From Azolla caroliniana (taxonomy: Eukaryota; Plantae; Polypodiophyta), in contig JBHGNT010000015.1 of assembly GCA_043228905.1 (NCBI GenBank), positions 10,416,001 through 10,480,000 on the forward strand: a stretch of 64,000 bases of DNA, given 5' to 3'. Positions 12,555-24,489 of this stretch are shown one piece after another (position 1 is the stretch's first letter; each line of letters starts with the position of its first letter). The notes under the pieces are model-generated. The model made no database searches, had not been told where the DNA came from, and saw only the letters and a program-made list of their open reading frames with translations. The translations under genes were made by a program, and so were the position numbers.

Positions 12555-14100
12555 TGGGCGAGATGATGTAGCCTAGGAATTCGATCAAGGTACAATCGAA
12601 CTCACATTTATCACCTTTGGCATAAAGTCCGTGCTCGTGAAGTTTGGCAAGAACTAATCGGACTTGGCGAGTGTGCTCCTCCATGTTTGGTGAAAAAATG
12701 AGAATATCATCAAGGTAAATGACGAAAAAATGATCGAGATATTCCCGGAATATATCATTCATCATATGTTGAAAAACTATTGGGGCGTTAGTAAGATCAA
12801 AAGGTAGTACCTTGTATTCGAAATGCCCATACCGTGTTCAGAATGCAGTTTTCCATTCATCCCCCGGCTTGATGTGTACTAGATTGTATGCTCCACACAG
12901 ATCAACTTTGGAGAAGATACACGCAATGCGGAGCCGATCAAGGAGTTCGGGGATCAGAGGTAGCGGATAGTAGTTGCGCACAGTGAGTTTATTGAGACCC
13001 CAGTAGTCGACACATAAGCATAGAGAGTTGTCCTTCTTCTTCACAAATAATATGGGGGGCCGGACCGACGACTTAGAAGGTTGAATAAATCATTTCCCAA
13101 GGTTCTCATCGAGATACACACGAAGGGCCTTCAACTCCGGTGCAGACAGCGCATACAGAGGACCAAAGGGTGGACACGCACCTTCTTGAAGATCAATCAA
13201 ACGGTTGTAGAGCCGGTGTTCGGGCAAACGATTTGCATTACATTTCTCAAATACATCAGAGAAGTCTTTGTATTTGTCAGGAATAACGTGGAGTGTGTTA
13301 AAAACAACGCCACAAACGACCCCATCCTGGACTGAGGGTGGGGTGGCCGAGTCAGAAGTGACCTTCTCCAAAGGATGTGAAACTGAATTGACCTTCATAG
13401 TTTTGCGCGAGCATCCTGGCTCACTAAATGTGATCAAGCGATTGCACCAATCCACTATTGGATTGTGCACCTCCAACCACATTACTCCTAAGACAATCAG
13501 ATGTTGAGGAGATGCGATGAGGTAAAAGGGGAGCTCCTCCTGGTGTCAGCCCACACGAAGCCCTAATGGAATCGTAATTTGAGTAATTGCTCCTGACGAG
13601 AGGACGCGCTCGTCGATGGCTTCAACAGGAATGGGTTTTGAGAGGCAAACGATGGGTACACCATGTTCTTGGGTGAATGTGATGTCGATGAAGCAATAAG
13701 ATGCCCCATAATCAAGTGAAGTGACAGACTGAATGGAACCGGAATTAAAAGAAAGCCATACCTCCAATGTGAAATTGCTTGATGGTCTGATTGACACTTG
13801 TTACGGCTCTGATGTCACTCATTGAGGAATGGATGTCCGTGCTGCTTCCTAAACTAGCAAGCCTCGCAGACCTGGCCCTTCAGGCCATTGAATTTCGGCA
13901 AGCCGAAAACAATATTCTTTCTCTACATATTTTGTCTACATGGGGTGAGGGGTGTCGTCGCCAGTTTCGACGACCCCCGGTTATTCCAGCTTCCCCAATG
14001 TCAAGAACCACTCCCTGTGGTTCTTCATGTGGTTAGATGTGTCAGAATCCATGTACCACACCTCATTTGGCTCTAAGGTGTCCATCCCCATCCAGTTGGC
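12555..14100 (-). pseudogene. Ty3/gypsy (Tf2/chromovirus-like) protease-RT fragment
   Basis: LDYGASYCFID protease, [52 protein letters not shown]. Contains stops. Confidence 0.9.
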
Positions 14101-14109
14101 TTTATGCTT

Positions 14110-15170
14110 CAATATATCTTAGGAGTATATCTCTAAGGTTTTGCAATTGGGGTTCCAAATGCTTCAGCCATTGGCAGTTTGATATATGCGATGGTTGCTA
14201 CACGCCCTGATATTGCCTTTGCAGTGGGAGTGGTTAGTAGGTACATGGCAAATCCCGGCAAAAACATTGGGAAGCGGTGAAAGGTATTATGAGATACCTC
14301 AAAGGCACAAAGGACTTGGGCATTTGCTTTGGAAAGCAAAAGGCATCTGTCGTTGGTTTAACGGATGTGGACTATGCTGGTCACACATACTGTAGGAAGT
14401 CTACTTCTAGTTATGTGTTTACTTTCACGGGAGGAGCGGTCTCTTGGATCTCCAGACTATAGAAATGTGTTGCATTGTCTACTACAAAGGCAGATTATGT
14501 TGTTGCCACTGAGGCATGCAAAGAGTTTTTATGGCTTTCATATCTAGTGAGAGATCTTGGCATTACAGACTTACCTATTCTTCATTGTGACAGCCAGAGT
14601 GCTATCATGCTAGCTCGGAATCCCATCTTTCATGCAAAGACGAAGCACATAAAGGTGAAGTATCACTTCATCAGGGATGTACTTGACAATAGATCTTGGC
14701 ATTACAGACTTACCTATTCTTCATTGTGACAGCCAGAGTGTTATCATGCTAGCTCAGAATCTCGTCTTTCATGCAAAGACGAAGCACATAGAGGTGAAGT
14801 ATCAATTCATCATAGATGTACTTGACAGCAAGAACATTGAGCTTGTCAAAGTACATACAAATAATAATCCTACAAATCTTCTCACGAAGGGTCTCCACTT
14901 GAACGATTTGCTCATTGCACAAATGATGGGAGTTGAATAGATGTATGTAGTTCAACTTTGTACATACTTGGATTAGTTGACTTTCTTTTTCTTTTCGTTT
15001 TCTTCTCACGGCACATTGCCTTTAGGTGGGAGGTTGTTGGGAATAAAGGTCCATCATGCCTTTTATTAGTGCACAAGTGTGAACGCACTCTTGTATATAT
15101 ATAATATCTAAAAACCAAAAAAGAGGTACACTCATTGTACCCAAGACAACGTGCATTTCTCTCTCACTCA
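14110..15170 (+). mobile_element. Ty1/copia RT/RNase H 3' fragment, PPT (15024-15033) and start of the 3' LTR (from 15035)
   Basis: AIGSLIYAMVATRPDIAFAVG, RKSTSSYVF, FHAKTKHI. AGGTGGGAGG is followed by TGTTGG. A 139-bp internal duplication lies at 14552 and 14691. Confidence 0.85.
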
Positions 15171-17410
15171 ACAATTTATCCAAACGAAAGAGAAAGCACA
15201 TGCATGTGCTAAATTTTGGGGAAATCTAAAGGGGAAACGTGTTGAGAGTTATGGTGACTTAACTCTTCACAACTTGTCTATGCATTGTAAGAATTTATAT
15301 GAGTTATCTCTTGCCGGAAAGATGATGTGTTATGGTTCTCTTACACATATGCCTCCTTTCTTTACAATTGAAGATATATGCATAGGACTTAAGAAATTGG
15401 CCTCTCGAAAGGCAACCGATCTTCAATGTATAAAGGCTGAAATGCTCAAATGGACAGGAAAGGAAGCACATATATGGATAAGCGATATGTTTAATGATGC
15501 ATTGCAACATGGTATGTCGTACGATTGGACTACAAATTGGATCAAACCTTTACATAAAGGTGGAGATATAAATAATGTAAACAACTATCGAACCATCATG
15601 GTTGGCTCATTAATGGCAAAACTATTTGGATGTATAATGGAATCAAAGATAAGTGTATGGGCTGAAAAAAGTGGTAAGAGAGCTTATGGACAAGCTGGCT
15701 TTCGGAAACACCATAGCACCATTGATCACCTTATCACCCTTCGAGTATTAATGGAGGAAAGTCGCCTTAGAGGTAAAGGTTTATATTGTTGCTTTGTAGA
15801 CTTCAAGAAAGCTTTTGATATGGTACCTCATGAGCATCTTTGGAGGCGAATGGAAGAACTTGAGGTGCCAAGTGAATATATGCTTGCAATTTCCTGAATT
15901 TATGAGAAGGTTATATGTTGTGTGCACATGAGAGATAAACTTTCAGATTTTTTCAAAAGCACTATTGGTGTTAAGCAAGGATGCCCACTCTCACCAACAC
16001 TATTTGGTCTATGCATTGATGAATTGGAAGAAATGGTTACCAAGTTTGCAAAGGAAGAATGTGTTGAATAAGTTGCCATTGGGAATGTTGTGATTATGCT
16101 TTTGCTATATGCAGATGATGTAGTGCTTTTTGCAAATACTTTAGGAGATGCACAAAAGCTTATGAAGGCATTGGAAAAAATTTGCATGCATACTAAATTA
16201 AGTGTCAATAGCTCTAAAACAAAGATTATGCTTGTGAAGAGCCAAAAAAGAGATAAACCATGCATTATGTACAACAATGAGCCACTTGAATGTGTGGAAA
16301 GCTTCAAATATCTTGGCCTTGAAGTTCCTTCAAATCATAGATGGAATGAATGTGCTACACGCCGCTTAAAGGCGGGTAAGCGAGCATACTATGCATTTGA
16401 GAACACATGCAATCTTGGAGATATTAAGTCTTGGGTCCTCAAGAAATATATTTTCGACACTTTGGTGACACCGGTTCTTCTCTATGGGGTGGAAGTATGG
16501 GGCGGTAGCATCCCTAAATCTATGTGGAAAGAGTTTGAAAATGTCCAAAAGCATTTTCTTACCAAGTTTCTACAAGTTAAGAAACAAACGCCCTACACCC
16601 TCCTCCTTGAGACGGGATCGCTTCCCATTGAGATCATGGCCATGGAAAGGGTTGTTGAATACATGCTTAAGGTTCAAAAAAGTCCCTCACATCGACTTCC
16701 TAGAATTGCATGGGAAGCAAGCAAAAAGATCCAAAAGACGCATAAAAGCAAAATTTTGTGTTCCGGTTGGATGCAAGATATAGAAAAATGGTTTAGTAGA
16801 TGGGATGCGAGACACTTGCTTCATGATGCATCATTAGATTCTTCTATAAATGAGGCATTTTTGCAACGCCAATGTATCATGACATGGGACAAATGTGGAG
16901 GCTCACGCTTCACACATTATACTACACATGTTGCACCTAACTACAAAACCATATTCTTTGCGAAATGAGGAAATCGTACACATCCATACATGTTAGAGGC
17001 CATACCGTTATCTGCCATTCGAACCATTGCTTCCATGCGGCTTAGCTCACATGCATTGCGATGTGAAACAGGGCGTTGGGGCACAAGTGATGAGAGTGGT
17101 CAGCTATGCACACTTTGCCCTAAACAAGTTCACGAGTCTGAGTATCACACTTTGATACAATGCTCTGCCTTTGATCATATTCGACCATGCTTTCCACATC
17201 TCTTCGATCGAGCCCAATCTTTGCATGAATTCCTCTCACAACCACAATGTGCACTCTCGATTGCAACATTCATTAGTAAAGTTCTTGAACATCGAGAGTC
17301 ACTACTCACTTTCACACGTATCACATGAAATGTAATATTTTTGGTCTCATAGGTCTTATTTGACCTCCGAAGACGATAATATAATCTATCTATCTATCTA
17401 TCTATCTATC
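15170..17410 (+). mobile_element. 5'-truncated non-LTR retrotransposon (LINE, RTE/RTEX-like) with a (CTAT)n tail
   Basis: RT motifs QAGFRK, FVDFKKAFD, GVKQGCPLSP, LLYADDVV, FKYLG. C-terminal RLSSHALRCETGRW..CTLC..HTLIQC. Three in-frame stops. (CTAT)n at ~17384-17410. The clade assignment is inferred. Confidence 0.88.
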
Positions 17411-18007
17411 TCCCGCTCTGTTTTTGACCTAAAGGCTAGACCCATTTCAGCCCACCCTGAGCCTTCAATGTAGTGCAATCTTTGCAGCCTTTCTATGTCG
17501 GCATGACTCAATTTGGTTTTGTCCGAATCCACTTTCTTCTACTACCGCTCACTCTCTTTATTGCCTTTTTGGCCACAATACCAGCAATCTATGGCTTTCC
17601 CTTGCCGGCTTTTAGCGCCACCTTGACTCCCCCTGCTTGTGATTGGTCCACTACTATTGGCACTTCCCATGTGCCTTTGGTTTTGTCCCTATTAGTCGCA
17701 TCCATTGCATTCCGGCCCATCTTATCCTCCACGGGGCCAATCCTTCTGTGTGTACAGGGTAAAAGCATGCGAGTGGAAACACTATTATAGCTAATTAGCT
17801 ACTAAAATGGCCATAGCTAATTAGCTATTTGTTTAGCTAGTCTTTCTTGTGGGAAAATCAAATATTTGAAAAACTAATTTATGAAAAAACTCAAATATTT
17901 GAACTTCTGTTTTAGACATAGTGGAACTTGGGGAATATCACCATCATCTAAGGTCGACTTCAATGTCATCAATTTCCTGTTTAGCCTAAGTCTGATTTTG
18001 AACGCAG

Positions 18008-21000
18008 ATGGAGTACTCAGAGCACGAATGCAGACGTAGCTCCCGCAACAGCAAAAAATCGACATTGCAGATTGAGAGCTACAACACAGAACCCGCTCGA
18101 TCATCGTCCAGGTATGTTTCAGTTACAGAAACCCCAAACATTTGTTTTTTCTTTTTGACTATTGTCTGAACTTTGGTGCCGATTCATATTTCCCCAAAAT
18201 CGAATAGGGTGAAGTCCTTGGAGTCCCATACAAGGATGTCTCGCAAATCGGGGAGTAGCAACAGGTGTGTTTATATTACTTTTTTTGTGTTTAATCCTGT
18301 CTTTAGTGATTAGGGTTTGTGATTGAAATTTCTGATTAGGGTTTGTGATTGAAATTTCTGATTAGGGTTTTTGATTATAAATTTCTGATTAGAATTTTTG
18401 AATAGGGTTTCTGGTTACAAATTTTGATTACAAATTAGAATTTCTGAATAGGGTTTTTGTTTATAAATTTCTGCGTAGGATTTCTGATTAGGGTTTGTGA
18501 TTGAAATTTTTTATTAGGGTTTCTGATTGAAATTTCTGATTAGGGTTTTTGATTATAAATTTCTGATTAGAATTTCTGAATAAGGTTTCTGGTTACAAAC
18601 TTCTGATTACAGATTTTGATTAGGGTTTCTGATTTCAAACTTCTGATTACAGATTTTGATTAGGTTAAGTTAAAGATTTTGCACCATTTTTGTTGTTGTT
18701 GATTGGGGTTTTTGATTCTCACATATTCTGATTTTGCACTATTTCTGATTTCTGAAATGATATTTCAGATGGCTCGTTCCTCCGTATACGAGAGTGCTAA
18801 ACTTCGCAAAATTTTGCGAGACAAAGGAGGACTTCCACAACACCTATGGTCTGTCACTCGAGGGTGTTGACCCTGCTGTCCTAAGTGATAAATTGATCAG
18901 TGATATAGACCGGATGACAGTATATACAGTGCCTAGAGTCAAAGGCAAGGTCAAGCTCAAGCATGTACGAGCCGACTTGTACGATGACTGCATGAGACTG
19001 CACCAGAAAGTTCATCAGGAGATCCCAGTCAACAATGAGTTGTCAGTTTCATTTGCTAGAGCATTTGCATATGAGTACTGCAAAACAGCGAAGGAATCTA
19101 GAGACCCTGAAATGTATAGGGTAGCTTGGGCAGTCTATGGTGAGGCATCGGTAAAAAGATGCCGAAAGATGGGGACCTTGGCACAAAAAATAGACAAATT
19201 TTGGAGCATGGCAGTTGTTGATGCAACTACCGACTCCCAGCAAGACCGGGGGCATACACCACACCGACACCCAAGGAAAGCCAATGTCGATGATACAAGT
19301 GAGACATTGGTTAGCTATATGCTAAAAAATGTCCATGAAGCCTGTGAGACATTGGCATTTTTTAAGACTGATTTAGAGAAAGCCACAATGGCTTCTGCAA
19401 TGGAGAGCAAAGTTACTTCTGCTGTTACAACAATTAGAAATAAGATTCAGGTAACTATTGTTTTGCCGGTATGTGATTGTGTTATAAATAACGGGTAAAA
19501 TGTGCTAATCAAGCATTATCTGGAATAGGTTGCGCAACAGGAGCTTGAATTAGAGGGGCCACTGGATCCCCAGCGTAAAATAGAACTGCAAATAGAGATC
19601 CAGGTTCTTTCAATGAACCTGGACCTTCTAGGTGTAAATACTGTTGCAGATTACAATTTGGATAAGCTTCAAGTAAGTTAACGATTCCTGAGCAAAGTTG
19701 GTGTATCTTTCAACAACAAGAATAATTAATCGGTAAATTTCTCTGTTGCGTTGAAGGAACAATACATTCATCAAGAACAGGTAGTTAGCTGCCTTAAGAA
19801 GAAGCTACATTTTGTGGAGGGAATGGTAAGGACCAGACAGGATTTGGACCTGAACATTCTTGCTCCCTTACCAAATGAAGTAGAACCAGAAAATGATTTA
19901 TTGACAGTTCAAGCACGTTGCATCGCTTGCGGGTTAGGTGTGGAGGACAAAACTGCGTCTTTGTTGGTTCACCTACAACCATGCAACCACACATACCATC
20001 TGCTTTGTTTTCAACATGCCTGTCGAATTGCTGCATTCTGTTTGGGAGATTGCAGTACAACTCTACCAAATGAGTGGAGAAAACAAACAGGTATACCATA
20101 CTGTAGCTAATAAGCTTAGTCTTTTCTAATTAGCTATCCTACTAGCTAATTAGCTACTGGCAGCTAATGAGCTACTAGCTAATTAGCTACTGGCAGCTAA
20201 TGAGCTACTAGCTAATTAGCTATCCTAGTAGCTAATTAGCTATGGTACTAGCTAATTAGCTAGTACCATAGTTGTGTAAAAAAGCTAAATAGCTATCCTA
20301 CTAGCTAATTAGCCACTGGCAACTAATTAGCTATCCTAGTAACTAATTAGCTACTGCCATAGTTGTGTAAAGTAGCTAATAAGCTATCCTAGTAGCTAGT
20401 TAGCTATGGTACTAGCTAATTAGCTAGTACCATAGTTGTGTAAAAAAGCTAATTAGCTATCCTACTAGCTAATTAGCTACTGGCAACTAATTAGCTACTA
20501 TGATAGCTAATTAGCTATCCTACTAGCTAATTAGCTATCATAGTAGCTAATTAGCTACTGACATAGTTGTGTAAAGTAGCTAATAAGCTATCCTAGTAGC
20601 TAGTTAGCTATGGTACTAGCTAATTAGCTAGTACCATAGTTGTGTAAAAAAGCTAATTAGCTATCCTACTAGCTAATTAGCTACTGGCAACTAATTAGCT
20701 ATCCTACTAGCTAATTAGCTATCCTACTAGCTAATTAGCTATCATAGTAGCTAATTAGCTACTGACATAGTTGTGTAAAGTAGCTAATAAGCTATCCTAG
20801 TAGCTAATTAGCTACTGGCAGCTAATTAGCTATCCTAGTAGCTAATTAGCTACTGGCAGCTAATTAGCTGTCCTAGTAGCTAATAAGCTATCCTAGCTAC
20901 TACATAGTTGAGAAAATAGCTAATTAGCTTTCATTGTAGCTAATTAGCTATCCTAGCTACCACCATAGTTAGTAAAGTAGCTAATTAGTTATCCTAGCTA

Positions 21001-22543
21001 CTACCATAGTTAGTAAAGTAGCTAATTAGCTATCCTAGCTACTACCATAGTTGAGTAAAGTAGCTAATTAGCTACCATAGTAGCTAATTAGCTATCCTAG
21101 CTACTACTATAGTTGTGTAAAGTAGCTAATAAGCTATCCTACTAGCTAATTAGCTATCCTAGTAGGTAATTAGCTATGGTACTAGCTAATTAGCTAGTAC
21201 TATAGTTGTGTAAAAAAGCTAATTAGGTATCCTACTAGCTAATTAGCCACTGGCAACTAATTAGCTATCCTAGTAACTAATTAGCTACTGCCATAGTTGT
21301 GTAAAGTAGCTAATAAGCTATCCTAGTAGCTAATTAGCTACTAGCAGCTAATTAGCTATCCTAGTAGCTAATTAGCTATCCTACTAGCTAATTAGCTACT
21401 ACCATAGTTGAGTAAAGTACCTAATTAGCTATCCTACTAGCTAATTAGCTACTACCATAGTTGAGTAAAGTACCTAATTAGCTATCCTACTAGCTAATTA
21501 GCTACTGGCAACTAATTAGCTATCCTAGTAGCTAATTAGCTATCCTAGTAGCTAATTAGCTGCTGGCAACTAATTAGCTATCCTACTAGCGAATTAGCTA
21601 TCCTAGCGAATTAGCTATCCTAGTAGCTACTGCCATAGTTGTGTAAAGTAGCTAATAAGCTATCCTACTAGCTAATTAGCTACTGGCAGCTAATTAGCTA
21701 TCCTAGTAGCTAATTAGCTACTGGCAGCTAATTAGCTACTGGCAGCTAATTAGCTATCCTAGTAGCTAATTAGCTACTGGCAGCTAATTAGCTGTCCTAG
21801 TAGCTAATAAGCTATCCTAACTACTACCATAGTTGAGTAAAGTACCTAATTAGCTATCCTAACTACTACCATAGTTGAGTAAAGTACCTAATTAGCTATC
21901 ATACTAGCTAATTAGCTATCGTACTAGCTAATTAGCTATCCTAGCTTCTACCATAGTTTAGTAAAGTAGCTAATTAGCTATCCTAAATAACTGTCATGTT
22001 ATTGTAGAATCTTGTGGATTAAGGACGGCACATGATGTGTCTGGTGCTGATGATGCTGCAACAGATGAGGATACTACTGCCAATGTGGCTGAAAGTAAGA
22101 GTCCTGCTATCACATCTCCTTCAGATCAGCTGCACCCTATTCTTTTGGAACAGTGTACTGAATTAGGCAACGATGTGAAATGCCATGAAATAGTGGAAAC
22201 AACATGTAAAACTGAGGTTCACAACAATAGTGTTTATGAACACTTGATGCAACATTTCTTCGAGTCTCAAGACCTTGATTCCACCCCACCGAGCCCAACT
22301 ACTGAAAATGTCCAAACAGATCCCTCTGTACTTGAAAAGCTAGTTCAAGAAACGGCTGATGTGCAATTAGCTGCTGAGGCGATGGGAAGGTTGTTGGAGG
22401 AGGACACACTTGCGCATTGGGTCCTAGAAGCAAGGCTAAATGGGGAACCAACCAGAAAAAGGCTGAAGAAGGGGCCACGATCGGGAACAAGACCAGTTAC
22501 TCGGTCAAGGGGCCCAGACGTAGTGGAGCGAAATACTGTTTAG
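18008..22543 (+). CDS. Spliced transposon cargo gene, ~618 aa, with a RING-H2 finger; exons 18008-18111, 18208-18264, 18769-19450, 19529-19672, 19757-20090, 22008-22543
   Basis: All five GT-AG introns join in frame with no stops. The RING-H2-like pattern is CIAC..CNHTYHLLC..CLGDC. Confidence 0.75.
18310..18680. repeat. ~26-bp minisatellite containing TAGGGTTT (telo-box-like) in cargo-gene intron 2
   Basis: Repeated GATTAGGGTTT(G/T)TGATTGAAATTTCT units. Confidence 0.8.
20103..21985. repeat. Palindromic TAGCTAATTAGCTA minisatellite array filling intron 20091-22007
   Basis: Dozens of copies of the 14-bp palindrome with short variable linkers. Confidence 0.97.
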
Positions 22544-22792
22544 TTGGATATGATTGTTAGCTTAGGGATTTTGCTAGGGTTTTATGAAGTTTTACTATCC
22601 TGTTGGACAAGTAAAACCTCAGATTGGTTGTTGCTTGATCCACATTATGTAATGGAACTCTATGATGTTTTTCCAAGATAATTTGAAGAGTGTTGTTCTA
22701 TGACTGAAACTCTTTGATGTTCAGGATATTGTTTTGTGAGACTAGTAGTTACTTTGTGAGTGTGAATATATTGGTGTTTTCTGATGTTGCAG

Positions 22793-23808
22793 AGTCTAAA
22801 GGGTTTGATTCTATTGCTCGTAAGGCCAATGGCAGTGTGGATACTGTTGATGTTGCGGCATGTTTAAAGGGCCCCATCTTGAAAGTAGATGTAGCAACTG
22901 ACACAAGTGATCTGGTCACACAAGTTGATCAAGCATGTAGCACGGATGACTTGGTGTTGCAGGTAGATGCAACATGTAGCACGGATGACTTGGTGTTGCA
23001 GGTAGATGCAGCATGTGATACCAGTGGACTGATATCGAGCAGAACAGTAGCTACATGCACTGAGGTAATCCAAGGATTGATAACTAAGTCGACAAAACAA
23101 GAGCACCAGAATGTGAAGCTAGGCCCAACACAGTCGACTAGGGGTTTAAAGAGGAAAAGGACACCAGTTGTGTCAGCCGAACCTGAGCTGATTGAGATTG
23201 ATCGTATCCTACCAGAAAATGGTGTAACAGCGGCTCAGTTTCAGGAATGGAAACCTAAACCACTAGAAGTCGAGCGAAGAGCCTTGATCTTGGAGCTGGA
23301 TAAAGTCTTGATGAGTGTGAGATATATGCAGCCAAGGAGGGACGCAAATCAGTTTCTAGAGTGGGCTGCGGAGTACTTCGATTTGTTTATTTGGAGTGAA
23401 AAACCAAAATCAGATGTGTGGAAGTGTTTGGCAAGATTCTTCCCAAAATGGCGAAGTCGTTTTAAAGGTCAATGGGCACAAGAAAATTGTGAGCAGATGG
23501 AAGCTGCAAGATTCAAGAGGCTTTCTGATTTTTGGGCTACTTGGCCTGAATATAATGCTGACAATACATTGATTTTGGATACAGAACATTTCCGACACTA
23601 CTTCAATATTCGGAGATGCTGTCTCATTCTACCCGAGGAAATGCCTGAACAGTACCTGGTGCAAACAGTGAGCTGCCAACTAGGTGCATGGTTGTGGACT
23701 CCATACCGAGCTCAATATGCGGATAATATATGTAGACTCGTTCCACTGACTAGCAAGAGCTTAGCTGTTTATAGGAGATTTGTAGACATTTCCAATGGTA
23801 ATTTATAA
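22793..23808 (+). CDS. Exon or ORF encoding an FCP1/SCP (NIF) HAD-like phosphatase domain, probably inactive; possible alternative last exon of the cargo gene
   Basis: RRALILELDKVL..RRDANQFLEWAAEYFDLFIWS..WAQENC..KRLSDFW..YNADNTLILD. The phase-1 acceptor TTGCAG at 22792 matches the phase-1 donor GTAAG at 22095. Confidence 0.65.
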
Positions 23809-23974
23809 ATATGTAAAGAGATGACATTATTCAATGAAGAATTTAATTACTTGTTCCCACTGTACTTATCTACTGTGTAATTTGAGGAATATGTTGCAGA
23901 TTGTTGATTTCATTCTATTGATGACTATTTAGCTATTGACAGCTAATTAGCTGCATTTGTACAGCTAATTAGCT

Positions 23975-24489
23975 GCATTTGTACAGCTAATTAGCTGCAT
24001 TTGTACAGCTAATTAGCTACTGATGACTATTTCGCTATAACTTATAACTTAAAACTTAACAAAAAAGACATGATTTTATTGAGAAAGAAGCACAGAAAGC
24101 AGACTGTATACAAGAAATTGATTCCAAACGAATTTATTGATCTGTTTTCGCGAAATACATGTTTGTTTTACAAGAGAACATGGTAAGTGCTACTTGTAGC
24201 TACAAATTCCATGGCATACTATTGTAAATACATTTGTACAGCTAATTAGCTGCATTTGTACAGCTAATTAGCTACTGATGACTATTTCGCTATAACTTAT
24301 AACTTAAAACTTAACAAAAAAGACATGATTTTATTGAGAAAGAAGCACAGAAAGCAGACTGTATACAAGAAATTGATTCCAAACGAATTTATTGATCTGT
24401 TTTCGCGAAATACATGTTTGTTTTACAAGAGAACATGGTAAGTGCTACTTGTAGCTACAAATTCCATGGCATACTATTGTAAATACATT
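23975..24489. repeat. 255-bp tandem duplication including the transposase stop codon and 3' UTR
   Basis: TGATGACTATTTCGC at 24021 and 24276. Both copies end in CTACAAATTCCATGGCATACTATTGTAAATACATT. Confidence 0.9.

Noticed and set aside
14552-14829. 139-bp duplication in copia RNase H as functional
   Set aside because: It breaks the frame and the copies have diverged, consistent with neutral decay.
18310-18680. Interstitial telomere
   Set aside because: TAGGGTTT is embedded in ~26-bp units, not contiguous TTTAGGG heptamers.
18008-23808. Ordinary host gene in situ
   Set aside because: It lies between the TIRs of an element inserted into a copia gag, and shares the element-specific palindrome array.
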